This document shows positions 47,928-57,595 of a stretch of 64,000 bases of DNA, piece by piece (the stretch's first letter is position 1; each line of letters begins with the position of its first letter). Source of the stretch: an uncultured Methanosarcinales archaeon (GTDB lineage: Archaea > Nanobdellota > Nanobdellia > Woesearchaeales > CAZKBD01); NCBI GenBank assembly GCA_964550945.1, contig CAZKBD010000001.1:289-64288 (forward strand). Direction: 5' to 3'. Under the pieces are notes generated by a model. That model saw only the letters and a list, made by a program, of their open reading frames with translations, ran no database searches and was not told the DNA's origin. A program made the translations under genes and the position numbers.

Positions 47928-48030
47928 CCGCCCTGAAGGGCAGGGTGTGTTCTTGAGCACACTCAGAAACCGCCCTCTTGCCATAAGCTGAAGCAAAGGG
48001 ATTGCGAGTGGCGGTTTCTGATGTTTCAAA
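47928..48030. other. GC-rich structured element (nested inverted repeats) between ispG and a convergent gene
   Basis: gccctgaagggc hairpin. gtgtgttc/gagcacac stem. 12-bp perfect IR tcagaaaccgcc...ggcggtttctga with ~35-nt spacer. GC content far above the local background. Confidence 0.35.
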
Positions 48031-48133
48031 ATGGAGCATTATTAATAATCTAACTCATCACTATTGCTTTTTTCTTTTTATTCAAAGGCTAGGTAACTAA
48101 TGGATCAAATAGTTATGTTAATTCTCTAACAGA

Positions 48134-48715
48134 TTATTTTTCGAATTTAGTCCACAGAATGATTATTAAAATGTATGCAATAAAAATCATTAACGGTTTG
48201 AGATAGCCAGTCAGCTCAAAATTACCTAAGGATAGTTTATCAGCAAACAAATAAGAACACAATAACGCAATAAATGTTATACCCATAATTTTATCAAAAC
48301 TTTTGTTATTATAACTCTTTAATTCAAAAATAGAATAGATGGATACCAACAGAGGGATAAGGCTTCTGTTTAATTGCAATAATGCTGTCGTAAAATCTTT
48401 CCATATTAACGATTGGATTAACGAAATGAATGAGCCCCACATATAGCTAGGATTTGTTGGCACATGCATAGGATTGAACAAAAAGATTAGAGAAGCTGTC
48501 AATGCAAGAACCCAAGCAATTTTTTTCGTTTTATTTGTATTGATAAACAGAAGGGCTATTGAAACCAAATATAAAAATAAGTATAGCAACAAAAATTTTG
48601 CATAGAGAAAAGTTTGAATGCTAAACAAACTTCCGATGACCATATTGAAATTTAGAATAATAACCAAAATTACAAAAATAATAAATGTTTTTTCTTTGAG
48701 ATTAAATCTTGCCAT
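48134..48715 (-). CDS. Polytopic membrane protein of unknown function
   Basis: Five or six hydrophobic helices. ATG start. Confidence 0.45.
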   Translation of the reverse strand: MARFNLKEKTFIIFVILVIILNFNMVIGSLFSIQTFLYAKFLLLYLFLYLVSIALLFINTNKTKKIAWVLALTASLIFLFNPMHVPTNPSYMWGSFISLIQSLIWKDFTTALLQLNRSLIPLLVSIYSIFELKSYNNKSFDKIMGITFIALLCSYLFADKLSLGNFELTGYLKPLMIFIAYILIIILWTKFEK

Positions 48716-48796
48716 TTATATTAAATATAAAATTGAGCATATATAAACATTTTGACCAAAAGGAGGCATACAACAACATATCAATCAATCCAGTAA

Positions 48797-49111
48797 CTAG
48801 CTTACCGTAATCACTTTTTTCTTTTTATTCAACGGCTCAATAACTAATGAGTCAAATAGCTCTACTAATTTTTTAACAAATGGGTTTTCAGTATTTAATT
48901 TGTAAAGCTTGGCATTTCCGATATCCCTGGTGTGGGTTATGATTCCTAAACCTATCAAATCAGCCCATAGCCTAAATAAGGTTGTCCTTCCAATGCCAGC
49001 TCCTTCTGCTATGTCAGAGATAGAATAGTCCAGCTCTCTGCCCTCAATCAGGAACTCTAATACTCTTATTTTTGGTGTGTCTCCAACTGCTTTAGTAAAT
49101 AGCGTTTCCAT
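48797..49111 (-). CDS. Small winged-HTH transcriptional regulator
   Basis: PKIRVLEFLIEGRELDYSISDIAEGAGIGRTTLFRLWADLIGLGII. Paralog of 59162..59533. Confidence 0.6.
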   Translation of the reverse strand: METLFTKAVGDTPKIRVLEFLIEGRELDYSISDIAEGAGIGRTTLFRLWADLIGLGIITHTRDIGNAKLYKLNTENPFVKKLVELFDSLVIEPLNKKKKVITVS

Positions 49112-49216
49112 ACAACTACGTTAAAACGAACCAATATTTAAATGTTTCTATTTTGGAACGTATCAGTTCCATATTTAGAGTTAACTTTTATAAATAAGCG
49201 CCTATTCCATCTGCCT

Positions 49217-49474
49217 ATGGATAAGATATTTATTATGAAAAGATTTTTAAGAAAATTGATTAATCTCGAGATTTGGGGTGGCAGGCATACTGAATTAACT
49301 AATCTAAAGAAATGTATACCAAAACACCTTAGAGGAGAAAAAGTTACTTCAGAAGCTATTAAAGAGCTTGTTGGTGATGGCTTAATCATAGTCAAACAAT
49401 CAACTGGAGAAATTCATGTTGCATTAAATTCACAAAAACAGCATGAGATTTATGAATTTGTAAAAGAAGAATGA
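49217..49474 (+). CDS. Small hypothetical protein, translationally coupled to dxr
   Basis: Internal [17 protein letters not shown].... The stop overlaps the dxr ATG. Function unknown. Confidence 0.35.
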   Translation: MDKIFIMKRFLRKLINLEIWGGRHTELTNLKKCIPKHLRGEKVTSEAIKELVGDGLIIVKQSTGEIHVALNSQKQHEIYEFVKEE

Positions 49475-50601
49475 AACAACTATCAATCTTAGGCTCAACT
49501 GGAAGCATCGGAACCCAAACACTGGATATTGTTAGAGAAAACCCTAATGATTTCAAGATAGTTGCTTTGACAACAAATAAAAATATCCAACTTTTGAAAA
49601 AGCAGATTGAGGAGTTCAAGCCAGAGCTTGTCTGCGTTTTTGACAAGGAGGCTGCAGATAACCTAAAAATAGAAATTCCGATCCACAAAGGGATGGACGG
49701 TTTGATAAAAGCTGCTACAATTGACAATGCAGACACTATTGTCAATTCTTTAGTCGGCTCAATTGGAGTGATGCCCACTTACAAAGCAATTAAGGCAGAA
49801 AAGGATATTGCTTTAGCAAATAAAGAAACATTGGTCACTGCAGGAAGCATAATAATGGATGAAGTTAAAAAAAATAATGTCAAGCTAATGCCCATTGACT
49901 CAGAGCACAGCGCAATCTTCCAGTGTTTAAACGGTGAAGACATCAAGACAGTTAACAAGATAATAATTACCTGCTCAGGAGGTGCTTTTAGAGACAAAGC
50001 AAACCTAGAAAACCTAAATGCAGCAGACGCACTAAAACACCCAACATGGAATATGGGAGCAAAAATCACAATTGATTCTGCAACTTTGATGAACAAAGGA
50101 TTTGAGGTTATTGAAGCCCATTTCCTCTATAGTATTCCTTATGAAAAGATTGAAGTTATCATCCATCCTCAATCAATAATCCACTCATTAGTTGAATTTA
50201 ATGATCATTCTGTCATGGCTCAGTTAGGATTGCCTGACATGAGGATTCCTATACAGTATGCCCTGGCTTATCCAAGAAGGATAAAGAACCAGCTGAAATC
50301 ACTAAACCTGAAAGAAATAAAATCCCTTGATTTTAAAGAGTATGACGAAAAAAGGTTCCCCTGCCTAAAATACGCTTATGAAGCAGGCAAGATTGGGGGA
50401 ACATTGCCGGCAGTTATGAATGCAGCTAATGAAGTTGCAGTTGCCTCATTCCTCAAAAACAAGATCAGCTTTGTAGATATTCCGATGACAGTTAGAAAAG
50501 CGATGGACGAGCATAAGGTAATCAAGAATCCTGAGCTGGATGAGATTTTGGAAGTTGATAAGGAAGTTAAGGAAAAATGGGAAATGTTTTTAATGTACTA
50601 G
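49471..50601 (+). CDS. dxr: 1-deoxy-D-xylulose-5-phosphate reductoisomerase
   Basis: N-terminal [23 protein letters not shown]-binding motif. Length 376 aa. Confidence 0.9.
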   Translation: MKQLSILGSTGSIGTQTLDIVRENPNDFKIVALTTNKNIQLLKKQIEEFKPELVCVFDKEAADNLKIEIPIHKGMDGLIKAATIDNADTIVNSLVGSIGVMPTYKAIKAEKDIALANKETLVTAGSIIMDEVKKNNVKLMPIDSEHSAIFQCLNGEDIKTVNKIIITCSGGAFRDKANLENLNAADALKHPTWNMGAKITIDSATLMNKGFEVIEAHFLYSIPYEKIEVIIHPQSIIHSLVEFNDHSVMAQLGLPDMRIPIQYALAYPRRIKNQLKSLNLKEIKSLDFKEYDEKRFPCLKYAYEAGKIGGTLPAVMNAANEVAVASFLKNKISFVDIPMTVRKAMDEHKVIKNPELDEILEVDKEVKEKWEMFLMY

Positions 50602-50939
50602 CAAGGTTATTAAGAAACCCTCGGAAAAGCGCTCAAAATCAAAGAGATCGCCCAAGAGTGGATGTACGTGAGCTGAATATAGAAGCGATTATTGACACCA
50701 ATTTACAAAGATGCCATATTGGAAAGCTGGTTAATTTGAGCTGTAGTGGTGCATTAGTGCATTATCCAATTGAATTGCATCCAGGAACTGAGTATCCATG
50801 GGCATTATCTGGCCGCAAATATAAAATAACTGGAACTGCAGTATACAGTTGTTTTAATACCAAAGGAGGTTATATGATAGGAGTTCAGTTTAAAGCGCCG
50901 ATCCAGGATGTAAACATAATCAAAGAATACGGCCTATAA
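50577..50939 (+). CDS. PilZ-like small protein
   Basis: [13 protein letters not shown] (RxxxR) ... NLSCSGALV ((D/N)xSxxG) spacing resembles a PilZ c-di-GMP-binding motif. Tentative. Confidence 0.35.
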   Translation: MGNVFNVLARLLRNPRKSAQNQRDRPRVDVRELNIEAIIDTNLQRCHIGKLVNLSCSGALVHYPIELHPGTEYPWALSGRKYKITGTAVYSCFNTKGGYMIGVQFKAPIQDVNIIKEYGL

Positions 50940-50941
50940 GA

Positions 50942-52093
50942 ATGGCAATAGCAATAATAACCGCAGCAGGAACTGGAAAAAGAATGAATCACACAACCAA
51001 TAAGATACTTCTCTCGCTGGCTGATAAGCCCATAATATACTGGACAATAAAAGCATTTGATGATTGCAAATCAATTAATGACATTGTTGTAGTTGTCAAC
51101 AGAGGAGATAAGATAGAAATCACTAATATAATAAAAAAGTCAAATTTTAAGAAAGTGAGAACCATTGTGGAGGGGGGTGAGAGACGGCAGGAGTCTGTGC
51201 ATAATGGATTAAATGCAATAGACGCAAACGATGATGACATCATTTTGATCCATAATGGAGCAAATCCTTTTGTTTCAGAAAAATTGATTGAAGATGTTAT
51301 CAAGGCAGCAGATGAATTTGGCGCAGCAGGGCCTGCAAATCCAGCGCGAGATACAATAAAGGAAGTGGATAAAGATAATTTTGTAGTGAAAACATTGGAC
51401 AGGAGCAAACTAAGGAACATGCAGACGCCTCAGGCAATAAAATATAGTGTTGCCAAAAAAGCATTTCAGCAGGCAGTTAAAGATGGTTTTTATGGCACAG
51501 ATGACCTGGCTTTGGTTGAAAGGCTGGGAGAAAGGGTTAAGATTGTTAAAAACGAGGCTGAAAATATCAAGATAACCTATCCTCTTGATCTTAAATTTGC
51601 AAACCTTTTGAAAGATTCTATCAGAGTTGGCATTGGCCAGGACTCCCATAAGTTCGCAAATGAGGAAAAGCCATTGATGATGGGCGGGATTAAAATAGAA
51701 AATGAAAGGGGTTTAGAGGCAAACTCTGATGGAGATGTTATCCTTCATGCCATATTTAATGCTATTGCATCTTCAATTGGAGAGCGCTCAATAGGCCATT
51801 ATGCAGACGATATGTGCAAAAAAGGCATTAAAGACAGCAAGGAATACCTTAAATTTATTTTAAACATCTTAAAAGAAAAGGAATATATTATAAACAATAT
51901 CGGAATTGCGTTAGAATGCAAAACCCCCAGTATATCTAATATTGAAGATAAGATAAAAGGATCCTTGTCAAGATTGTTAAGCATAAATGACAACCAGATC
52001 GGGATTACTGCAACATCAGGAGAAGAGTTAACAGAATTCGGGAAAGGGAATGGCATTCAGTGTTTTGTTATAGTGGGCGTTAAGAGGAAATAA
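50942..52093 (+). CDS. ispDF: Bifunctional IspD/IspF (MEP cytidylyltransferase / MEcPP synthase)
   Basis: N-terminal IITAAGTGKRMN (IspD P-loop-like). C-terminal GIGQDSHKF (IspF metal site). 383 aa. Confidence 0.85.
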   Translation: MAIAIITAAGTGKRMNHTTNKILLSLADKPIIYWTIKAFDDCKSINDIVVVVNRGDKIEITNIIKKSNFKKVRTIVEGGERRQESVHNGLNAIDANDDDIILIHNGANPFVSEKLIEDVIKAADEFGAAGPANPARDTIKEVDKDNFVVKTLDRSKLRNMQTPQAIKYSVAKKAFQQAVKDGFYGTDDLALVERLGERVKIVKNEAENIKITYPLDLKFANLLKDSIRVGIGQDSHKFANEEKPLMMGGIKIENERGLEANSDGDVILHAIFNAIASSIGERSIGHYADDMCKKGIKDSKEYLKFILNILKEKEYIINNIGIALECKTPSISNIEDKIKGSLSRLLSINDNQIGITATSGEELTEFGKGNGIQCFVIVGVKRK

Positions 52094-52094
52094 A

Positions 52095-52946
52095 ATGCAA
52101 TTAAAAGCTTATGCAAAAATAAACCTGACATTGGATATTTTAGGAAAGAGAAAAGACGGCTTTCACGAGTTAGAATCCGTTATGCAGCAGGTGGATTTAG
52201 CAGATGATATCTCAATGAAAAGGCTGAATAACAATAAGATCAGCATTGATTGCGAAGGCATTCCTCAAAAAAAGAATCTTGTCTTTAAATCAGCATTCTT
52301 CCTAAAGCGTAATTTTAATGTCAACGCAGGAGTTGAAATAAAAATAAAGAAAAACATTCCGATTGCAGCAGGGCTTGGCGGCGGCTCTACAGATGCTGCT
52401 GCTGTCATAAAAGGATTAAATAGGTTATGGAACCTTAATCTAACTATAGATGAATTGATTGAGTTCGCTGCAAAAACTGGCTCTGATGTCCCATTTTCAA
52501 TTGTTGGAGGAGCTGCTCTTGCAAAAGGCAGGGGCGAGATAATTAAAAAACTGGACAATTTTCCCGCCCTTGACTTAGTGATTATAAACCCTGGTTTTGG
52601 GATAAAGACCATAGACGCTTACAAAGGCCTGGATTCCTCAAATTTTGGCAAGCATAGAAAAACCGCTGTCTTGCTAAAAAAACTGACAAAGGGAAATATA
52701 ACAAAAAACCTTAATAATGATTTTGAAGAGACTATTTTCAAAAAATATCCTAAGATTAAATCTATAAAAGACGACCTTATGAAAAATGGGGCTATGAATG
52801 CCCTGATGTCAGGCTCTGGCTCTAGCGTTTTTGGCATATTCAAAACTAAAACCCAAGCCAAAACTGCTGAAAACAGCCTAAAAGATAAGTATAAATTTGT
52901 ATATGCAACAAAAACAATCACCAATGAAAGTAACAATAGCAAATAA
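52095..52946 (+). CDS. ispE: 4-diphosphocytidyl-2-C-methyl-D-erythritol kinase
   Basis: GHMP kinase motif PIAAGLGGGSTDAAA. Confidence 0.85.
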   Translation: MQLKAYAKINLTLDILGKRKDGFHELESVMQQVDLADDISMKRLNNNKISIDCEGIPQKKNLVFKSAFFLKRNFNVNAGVEIKIKKNIPIAAGLGGGSTDAAAVIKGLNRLWNLNLTIDELIEFAAKTGSDVPFSIVGGAALAKGRGEIIKKLDNFPALDLVIINPGFGIKTIDAYKGLDSSNFGKHRKTAVLLKKLTKGNITKNLNNDFEETIFKKYPKIKSIKDDLMKNGAMNALMSGSGSSVFGIFKTKTQAKTAENSLKDKYKFVYATKTITNESNNSK

Positions 52947-53736
52947 TTCAGGATTTTGTTTTGGAGTTAAGAGGGCATTAGACATAGCCCTAAAACAAAA
53001 AGATTCTTTTAGTTTAGGTCCCTTAATTCACAACCCTCAAACAATTAAAGAACTGGAAAAAAAAGGCATAAAATCAATTGAGTCAATTGATGATATAAAC
53101 AACGGCACTTTGCTTATCAGGACCCATGGCGTTCCAGGAGCATTAATCAAAAAAGCAAAGGAAAAAGGCCTTAATGTAATTGATCTGACATGCCCTTTTG
53201 TAAAAAAAGCCCAGAATCTTGCAAAAGAGTTCTATGCTAAAGGATGTAAGGTCATCATAATAGGGGAAGCTAACCATCCAGAGATTATCGGAATAAGAGG
53301 GAATATAAAAGATGCTGAGGTATTGGAAAGTTTAGAAGATGCAAACAACATTGGTTTTTATGATAAAATTGGTGTAGTTATCCAGACAACACAATCAAAA
53401 GGTAGAGTAGACAAGATTATCAAAAAATTAAGAAGCCATTGCAAGAGATTAAAGATTGCTGAAACAATATGCAATACCACAGCTGAAAGGCAGGATCTGG
53501 CAACAGGCCTTGCAAGAAAAGTCGATCTTATGCTCGTGATTGGTGGAAAAGAATCTGCAAATACAAAAAGGTTGTATGAGTTGTGTAAAAATATAGTAGA
53601 GACCAAGCATGTTGAAATGATATCTGATTTAAAAAAGAGTTGGTTCAAAAATAAGAAGCATATAGGCATTACAGCAGGCGCTTCAACACCAAGATGGCTC
53701 ATAAAAGACATCGCAGAAAAGATAAAGAATGGATAA
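52924..53736 (+). CDS. ispH: 4-hydroxy-3-methylbut-2-enyl diphosphate reductase (LytB)
   Basis: MKVTIANNSGFCFGVKRALD with the first conserved Cys. Start moved to the internal ATG because the ORF track start overlaps ispE by 50 nt. Confidence 0.85.
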   Translation: MKVTIANNSGFCFGVKRALDIALKQKDSFSLGPLIHNPQTIKELEKKGIKSIESIDDINNGTLLIRTHGVPGALIKKAKEKGLNVIDLTCPFVKKAQNLAKEFYAKGCKVIIIGEANHPEIIGIRGNIKDAEVLESLEDANNIGFYDKIGVVIQTTQSKGRVDKIIKKLRSHCKRLKIAETICNTTAERQDLATGLARKVDLMLVIGGKESANTKRLYELCKNIVETKHVEMISDLKKSWFKNKKHIGITAGASTPRWLIKDIAEKIKNG

Positions 53737-54790
53737 TCCATTAGATCATTACAAAAAGATTGTTGATAGTGAATTAGATAATTTTTTTGGTATGGCAGCT
53801 AAAGAGGCTAAGGATGGCTTCTTAAAGACCAATCAAGGTTATATAAGAGAATACATTAAAGATGGGAAGAGGCTTAGGCCTATTTTGTTGATCATGGCAT
53901 ATAAGGCATTCTGTGACAATGATAAGATAATTCCTGCATCTCTATCTGTAGAGCTTCTTCATAACTCAACATTGATTCATGATGACATAATGGATGAGGA
54001 TGATTTCAGGAGAGCCAAGCCAACAGTTTATAAGAGATTAAAAGACAGTTATCTTGCTGATCATAAAGAAGATTCATATGATGGGCCTTTGTTTAATAAA
54101 TCAAGCTCTAAGTTTGCAGTTTCTAATGCCATATTATGCGGAAATATCCTGATCCCATTGGGTGCAGATATGATATCCAATTCTGATTTTCCAGATGAAC
54201 TGAAAAACAATGCGCTAAAAATCTATAATAATGCCTATCGTCTGGTCAATTATGGCCAGTTCCTTGACATACTCTTAGAAAAAAGAAAGGACGTTAAAGA
54301 AAAAGAATATTTAGATATGATTGAAAAGAAGACAGCATGCTTGTTTTCTGCATCTGTTGCTATTGGAGCTGTATTAGCCGATGCTAAGCCTGAAAAGATA
54401 AAACAGCTGGAAGAGTACGCAAAAGAATTGGCAATCGCATTCCAGCTTGTTGACGATATAATGGATATCTCAGAAGACATGGCAAAAGGCCATGAGCTTG
54501 GTTCTGACATAAAAAGAGGCAAAAAGACGCTTCTTGTTATAAAAGCGCTGGAGAATGGGACAGGCAAAGAGAGAAAAGAGCTTCTAAGCATATTAGGAAC
54601 AAGCGCTTCAAAAGAAGAAATAATCAGGGCAATAGGCATAATCAAAAAAAATTCATTGGCTTATGTTAGATCAGAGGCTGATAAACGAGTTATAAAAGCC
54701 AAAGAAATATTAAATAAGATGGGTATAAACAAGGAAAGCAGGGATTTTTTTAATGAGTTTGCGGATTATATGGCCTTAAGGAAGAGATAA
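53729..54790 (+). CDS. Polyprenyl (geranylgeranyl) diphosphate synthase
   Basis: FARM LIHDDIMDEDDFRR and SARM VDDIMDI aspartate-rich motifs. Confidence 0.85.
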   Translation: MDNPLDHYKKIVDSELDNFFGMAAKEAKDGFLKTNQGYIREYIKDGKRLRPILLIMAYKAFCDNDKIIPASLSVELLHNSTLIHDDIMDEDDFRRAKPTVYKRLKDSYLADHKEDSYDGPLFNKSSSKFAVSNAILCGNILIPLGADMISNSDFPDELKNNALKIYNNAYRLVNYGQFLDILLEKRKDVKEKEYLDMIEKKTACLFSASVAIGAVLADAKPEKIKQLEEYAKELAIAFQLVDDIMDISEDMAKGHELGSDIKRGKKTLLVIKALENGTGKERKELLSILGTSASKEEIIRAIGIIKKNSLAYVRSEADKRVIKAKEILNKMGINKESRDFFNEFADYMALRKR

Positions 54791-54806
54791 TCAGAACAAT
54801 AAACAA

Positions 54807-55850
54807 TCAAAAAGAGCCTATATCAATTATCTTCTTTGAAACCCTTTTTTTTCGTAATAGTATCAAACAGAGCTCATGCAGCACTGTAGTGAGGTATCTG
54901 TTTATTCTTAGTTTCTTTAGTATTTTGCCATGCGTTGATTTTATTTTTAGGATTCTATTTATCTTTGGAAAATTATAATCCTTATTTAGATCCTTATTTA
55001 GATTCTTGTTTAATATTCCCTCAGCAACATCCTCTGCAGACGTAATAGCTTGGTATATGCCTTCTCCTGTGAGTTCTGAAGCAAATCCAGCTGCGTCTCC
55101 TACTAAAAACTTATTGCCAAATTTGAAGCCTTGGTAATCAGTATTTACCAAAGCAGCTTCAAATTTTGCTTTTTTATAGCCTATCCCTTTTGACTCTAAA
55201 AATTCTTCAAGATGCTTTTTGACAATCCTTGCATTATTAGCTTGGCTTCCTGTCCCTATAGATGTATAGCCTTTATGGGGGAATATCCACAAATACCAAG
55301 AACCAAAACTTTTATAATCAAGGAATACCTCCACCTTATCAAAACTCTCTTTTACTTTGTAGTGCATTGCCAGGCCCATACCTTTTGTTTTTAACCCTAG
55401 GCTGTTTCTAACAAAGGAATTGCTTCCGTCTGCCCCTATCAGATATTTGAAATTGATTCGTTTGTTGTTGCAGATCAAGTAATCATCCTTTATCTCTTTT
55501 ACTCTTGAATTGAACTGGATTTTAGCTCCTGATTTTTTTACTTCAGCAAGTTGAAGTCTTGCCAGAATTTTCCTGCTTATCATCCAGATAAACGGATGCT
55601 CTTGCCTTATAGTTATGCTCTGAAATCTTGAATGGACAGTTACTGAATTATACCCCTTTTGGATAGCCTTCTCTGGGATAGATTGCCTAGACTTGACAGT
55701 TACGCCTTCTGCACAAACTTTATCTCCCACAGAAGGATTTTTCTCCAGAACCAGAACTCTCTTGAGGTTATTAGCAAGCACTTTAGCAGCAGTTAGACCA
55801 GCAGGGCCTGCCCCTACTATAACCACATCATATTCCATTTCTATAGGCAT
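54807..55850 (-). CDS. Geranylgeranyl reductase-family FAD-dependent oxidoreductase
   Basis: N-terminal VVIVGAGPAGLTAA Rossmann FAD motif. ~350 aa, typical of the archaeal lipid-saturating reductase family. Confidence 0.7.
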   Translation of the reverse strand: MPIEMEYDVVIVGAGPAGLTAAKVLANNLKRVLVLEKNPSVGDKVCAEGVTVKSRQSIPEKAIQKGYNSVTVHSRFQSITIRQEHPFIWMISRKILARLQLAEVKKSGAKIQFNSRVKEIKDDYLICNNKRINFKYLIGADGSNSFVRNSLGLKTKGMGLAMHYKVKESFDKVEVFLDYKSFGSWYLWIFPHKGYTSIGTGSQANNARIVKKHLEEFLESKGIGYKKAKFEAALVNTDYQGFKFGNKFLVGDAAGFASELTGEGIYQAITSAEDVAEGILNKNLNKDLNKDYNFPKINRILKIKSTHGKILKKLRINRYLTTVLHELCLILLRKKRVSKKIIDIGSF

Positions 55851-56251
55851 AGTTTATTTAGTTTTTCCCAGTCCACTTCAGTCTCAACACAGCCGTCTTT
55901 TGATAACAGCAAGCCTTGAGTGATTAAATGAGATTTTAATTTTGATTTTGCAATATTCATCTCGTTTTTGCAGCTTATTCCCACAACTGCTTTGGGTTTG
56001 TGTGTATCTATCAGTTTCTTTACTAAGCTGAAGCCAGGGACGATAAAGACCCTATAGCCAAGATTCTCTGCCTTTTTTTTAAAATCACTTATGTTGCATC
56101 TTCCGCAATTAATGCAGATCCACCCCTCATCAGAATTAGCTGCTTTGCAATCCCTATTCCTCAGGCAGTGCGGCAAAAAGATAGCTCTCTCTTTGTAAGG
56201 CACAGATTTGAACTTTTTTTCATTCGATTTGTTTAGGTTATCCAAATCCAT
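55841..56251 (-). CDS. DUF116-family Cys-rich protein
   Basis: LPHCLRNRDC...CINCGRC pattern. ATG at 56251; the ORF track starts at an upstream TTG. Confidence 0.5.
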   Translation of the reverse strand: MDLDNLNKSNEKKFKSVPYKERAIFLPHCLRNRDCKAANSDEGWICINCGRCNISDFKKKAENLGYRVFIVPGFSLVKKLIDTHKPKAVVGISCKNEMNIAKSKLKSHLITQGLLLSKDGCVETEVDWEKLNKLCL

Positions 56252-56252
56252 C

Positions 56253-56708
56253 TTATCCGACAAAGATATTTACCTTCTCTGGGTCATATTTCCATTCTGA
56301 GCTTAATCTTCCTGATCTCTTGTAGTATTTTATCAATCTTTTTATCTTAGATTCAGTTAGTGTAAGGCCTCTTTTGGCGGTGTTATCCTTCTTGTTTCTT
56401 TCGATATGCTTTTTGACATTGACTGCCTTCTTGATTAAAGCAATAAGGTCTTCTGGGACATCTCCAAGGATGTTTTTCTTCTTTAGTATCGCAGTTATTC
56501 TCTTGCTGGTTATCTTTCTTTCGTCGGGTATGCCATAAGTATCCCTTAAAGTAGTTCCTATCTGCGAAGATGTCTGCCCTTCTTTAGCCAATTTGACTAT
56601 CAATAATTCCACTTCTTTTGATTTATACCTCACCCATGTTGGCAAAGTTGTTTTTAAAGGTTTTTTTGATCCGGATTTTCCTTTTCTTCCTGAGTGCATT
56701 CTAGCCAT
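56253..56708 (-). CDS. rps15: 30S ribosomal protein S15P/S13e (archaeal/eukaryotic type)
   Basis: MARMHSGRKGKSGSKKP...GIPD...RGLTLTESKIKRLIKYYKRSGRL...WKYDP aligns along its length with archaeal S15P. ATG at 56708, three codons downstream of the GTG in the ORF track. Confidence 0.85.
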   Translation of the reverse strand: MARMHSGRKGKSGSKKPLKTTLPTWVRYKSKEVELLIVKLAKEGQTSSQIGTTLRDTYGIPDERKITSKRITAILKKKNILGDVPEDLIALIKKAVNVKKHIERNKKDNTAKRGLTLTESKIKRLIKYYKRSGRLSSEWKYDPEKVNIFVG

Positions 56709-56956
56709 TAATTCCACCCTGTTTAGTTTTTTAGTTGAATAGGGAAATATAAGAATACGCTTATATCTCCAGTATAAACCAGCAGCGCCGTTAAATTCAC
56801 GCAGTGAATTTATGGCATTTCACAACCGATTTATCTCTTGATGCTCGTTAGAAATAGAAGCTGATTTATAAAGGTTACGAAAATCTCTTGGGTTGTTAAA
56901 CTTATATCAAATTGCAAAAATAATGGAACTTTTTTGATGCAATTTGCTATTATATG

Positions 56957-57595
56957 TTAGCTCCTTCTACCAAATATAGCTGTTCCCAACCTTATAAGGT
57001 TAGCTCCTTCCTCAATAGCTATCTTGTAGCTGTCAGACATCCCCATAGAGAGGATAGCTATAGAGGGATATTTCTTATGAATCTTGTCAAACAATCTTTT
57101 CATTTCTTTAAAATAAGGCCTTATCTTTTCAATATCTTCAAAAAAAGGGGCCATGGTCATTAGGCCGGTTATTTTAACATTTTTTAATTTCGAGATTTCT
57201 TCAATTAATATTTCAAGATTTTCTGGAAGAACTCCTGTTTTTTTTGTTTCTTTGCCAATGTTGACTTCTATATAGGTGGGAATCTGTTTTTTAGTTCTTT
57301 TATCTATTTCTTTTGCTATATCCAAAGAATCAACAGTCTCAATTACATCAAATATCTCAAGAGCTTTCTTTATTTTGTTTTTTTGCAGATGGCCTATGCA
57401 GTGCTTTTCAATATCTCCTTTTATATAGGGGTATTTCTTTTCAGCTTCCTGCACATAATTTTCTCCAATAATAGATATTCCTGAATCTACTGCTTCTTGT
57501 ATTTCAGCTGTTGTTCTTGTTTTTGTTGCTGCTAAAATCTTTACATTAGCAGGTATTTCTTTTTTGATTTTGTTGATAGTTTGAGTTAGAGCCAT
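56957..57595 (-). CDS. YggS-family PLP homeostasis protein
   Basis: ILAATKTRTTAEI...IGENYVQEA with the conserved PLP-binding Lys. 212 aa. Confidence 0.8.
   Translation of the reverse strand: MALTQTINKIKKEIPANVKILAATKTRTTAEIQEAVDSGISIIGENYVQEAEKKYPYIKGDIEKHCIGHLQKNKIKKALEIFDVIETVDSLDIAKEIDKRTKKQIPTYIEVNIGKETKKTGVLPENLEILIEEISKLKNVKITGLMTMAPFFEDIEKIRPYFKEMKRLFDKIHKKYPSIAILSMGMSDSYKIAIEEGANLIRLGTAIFGRRS

Noticed and set aside
56709-56717. Upstream GTG/TTG starts given by the ORF track for several genes (for example S15P at 56717, DUF116 at 56263, permease at 19796, beta-propeller at 62011, MNT at 29845)
   Set aside because: In each case an in-frame ATG lies a few codons downstream. It is better positioned relative to a purine-rich RBS or matches the conserved protein N-terminus (MARMHSG for S15P), so the ATG starts were preferred.
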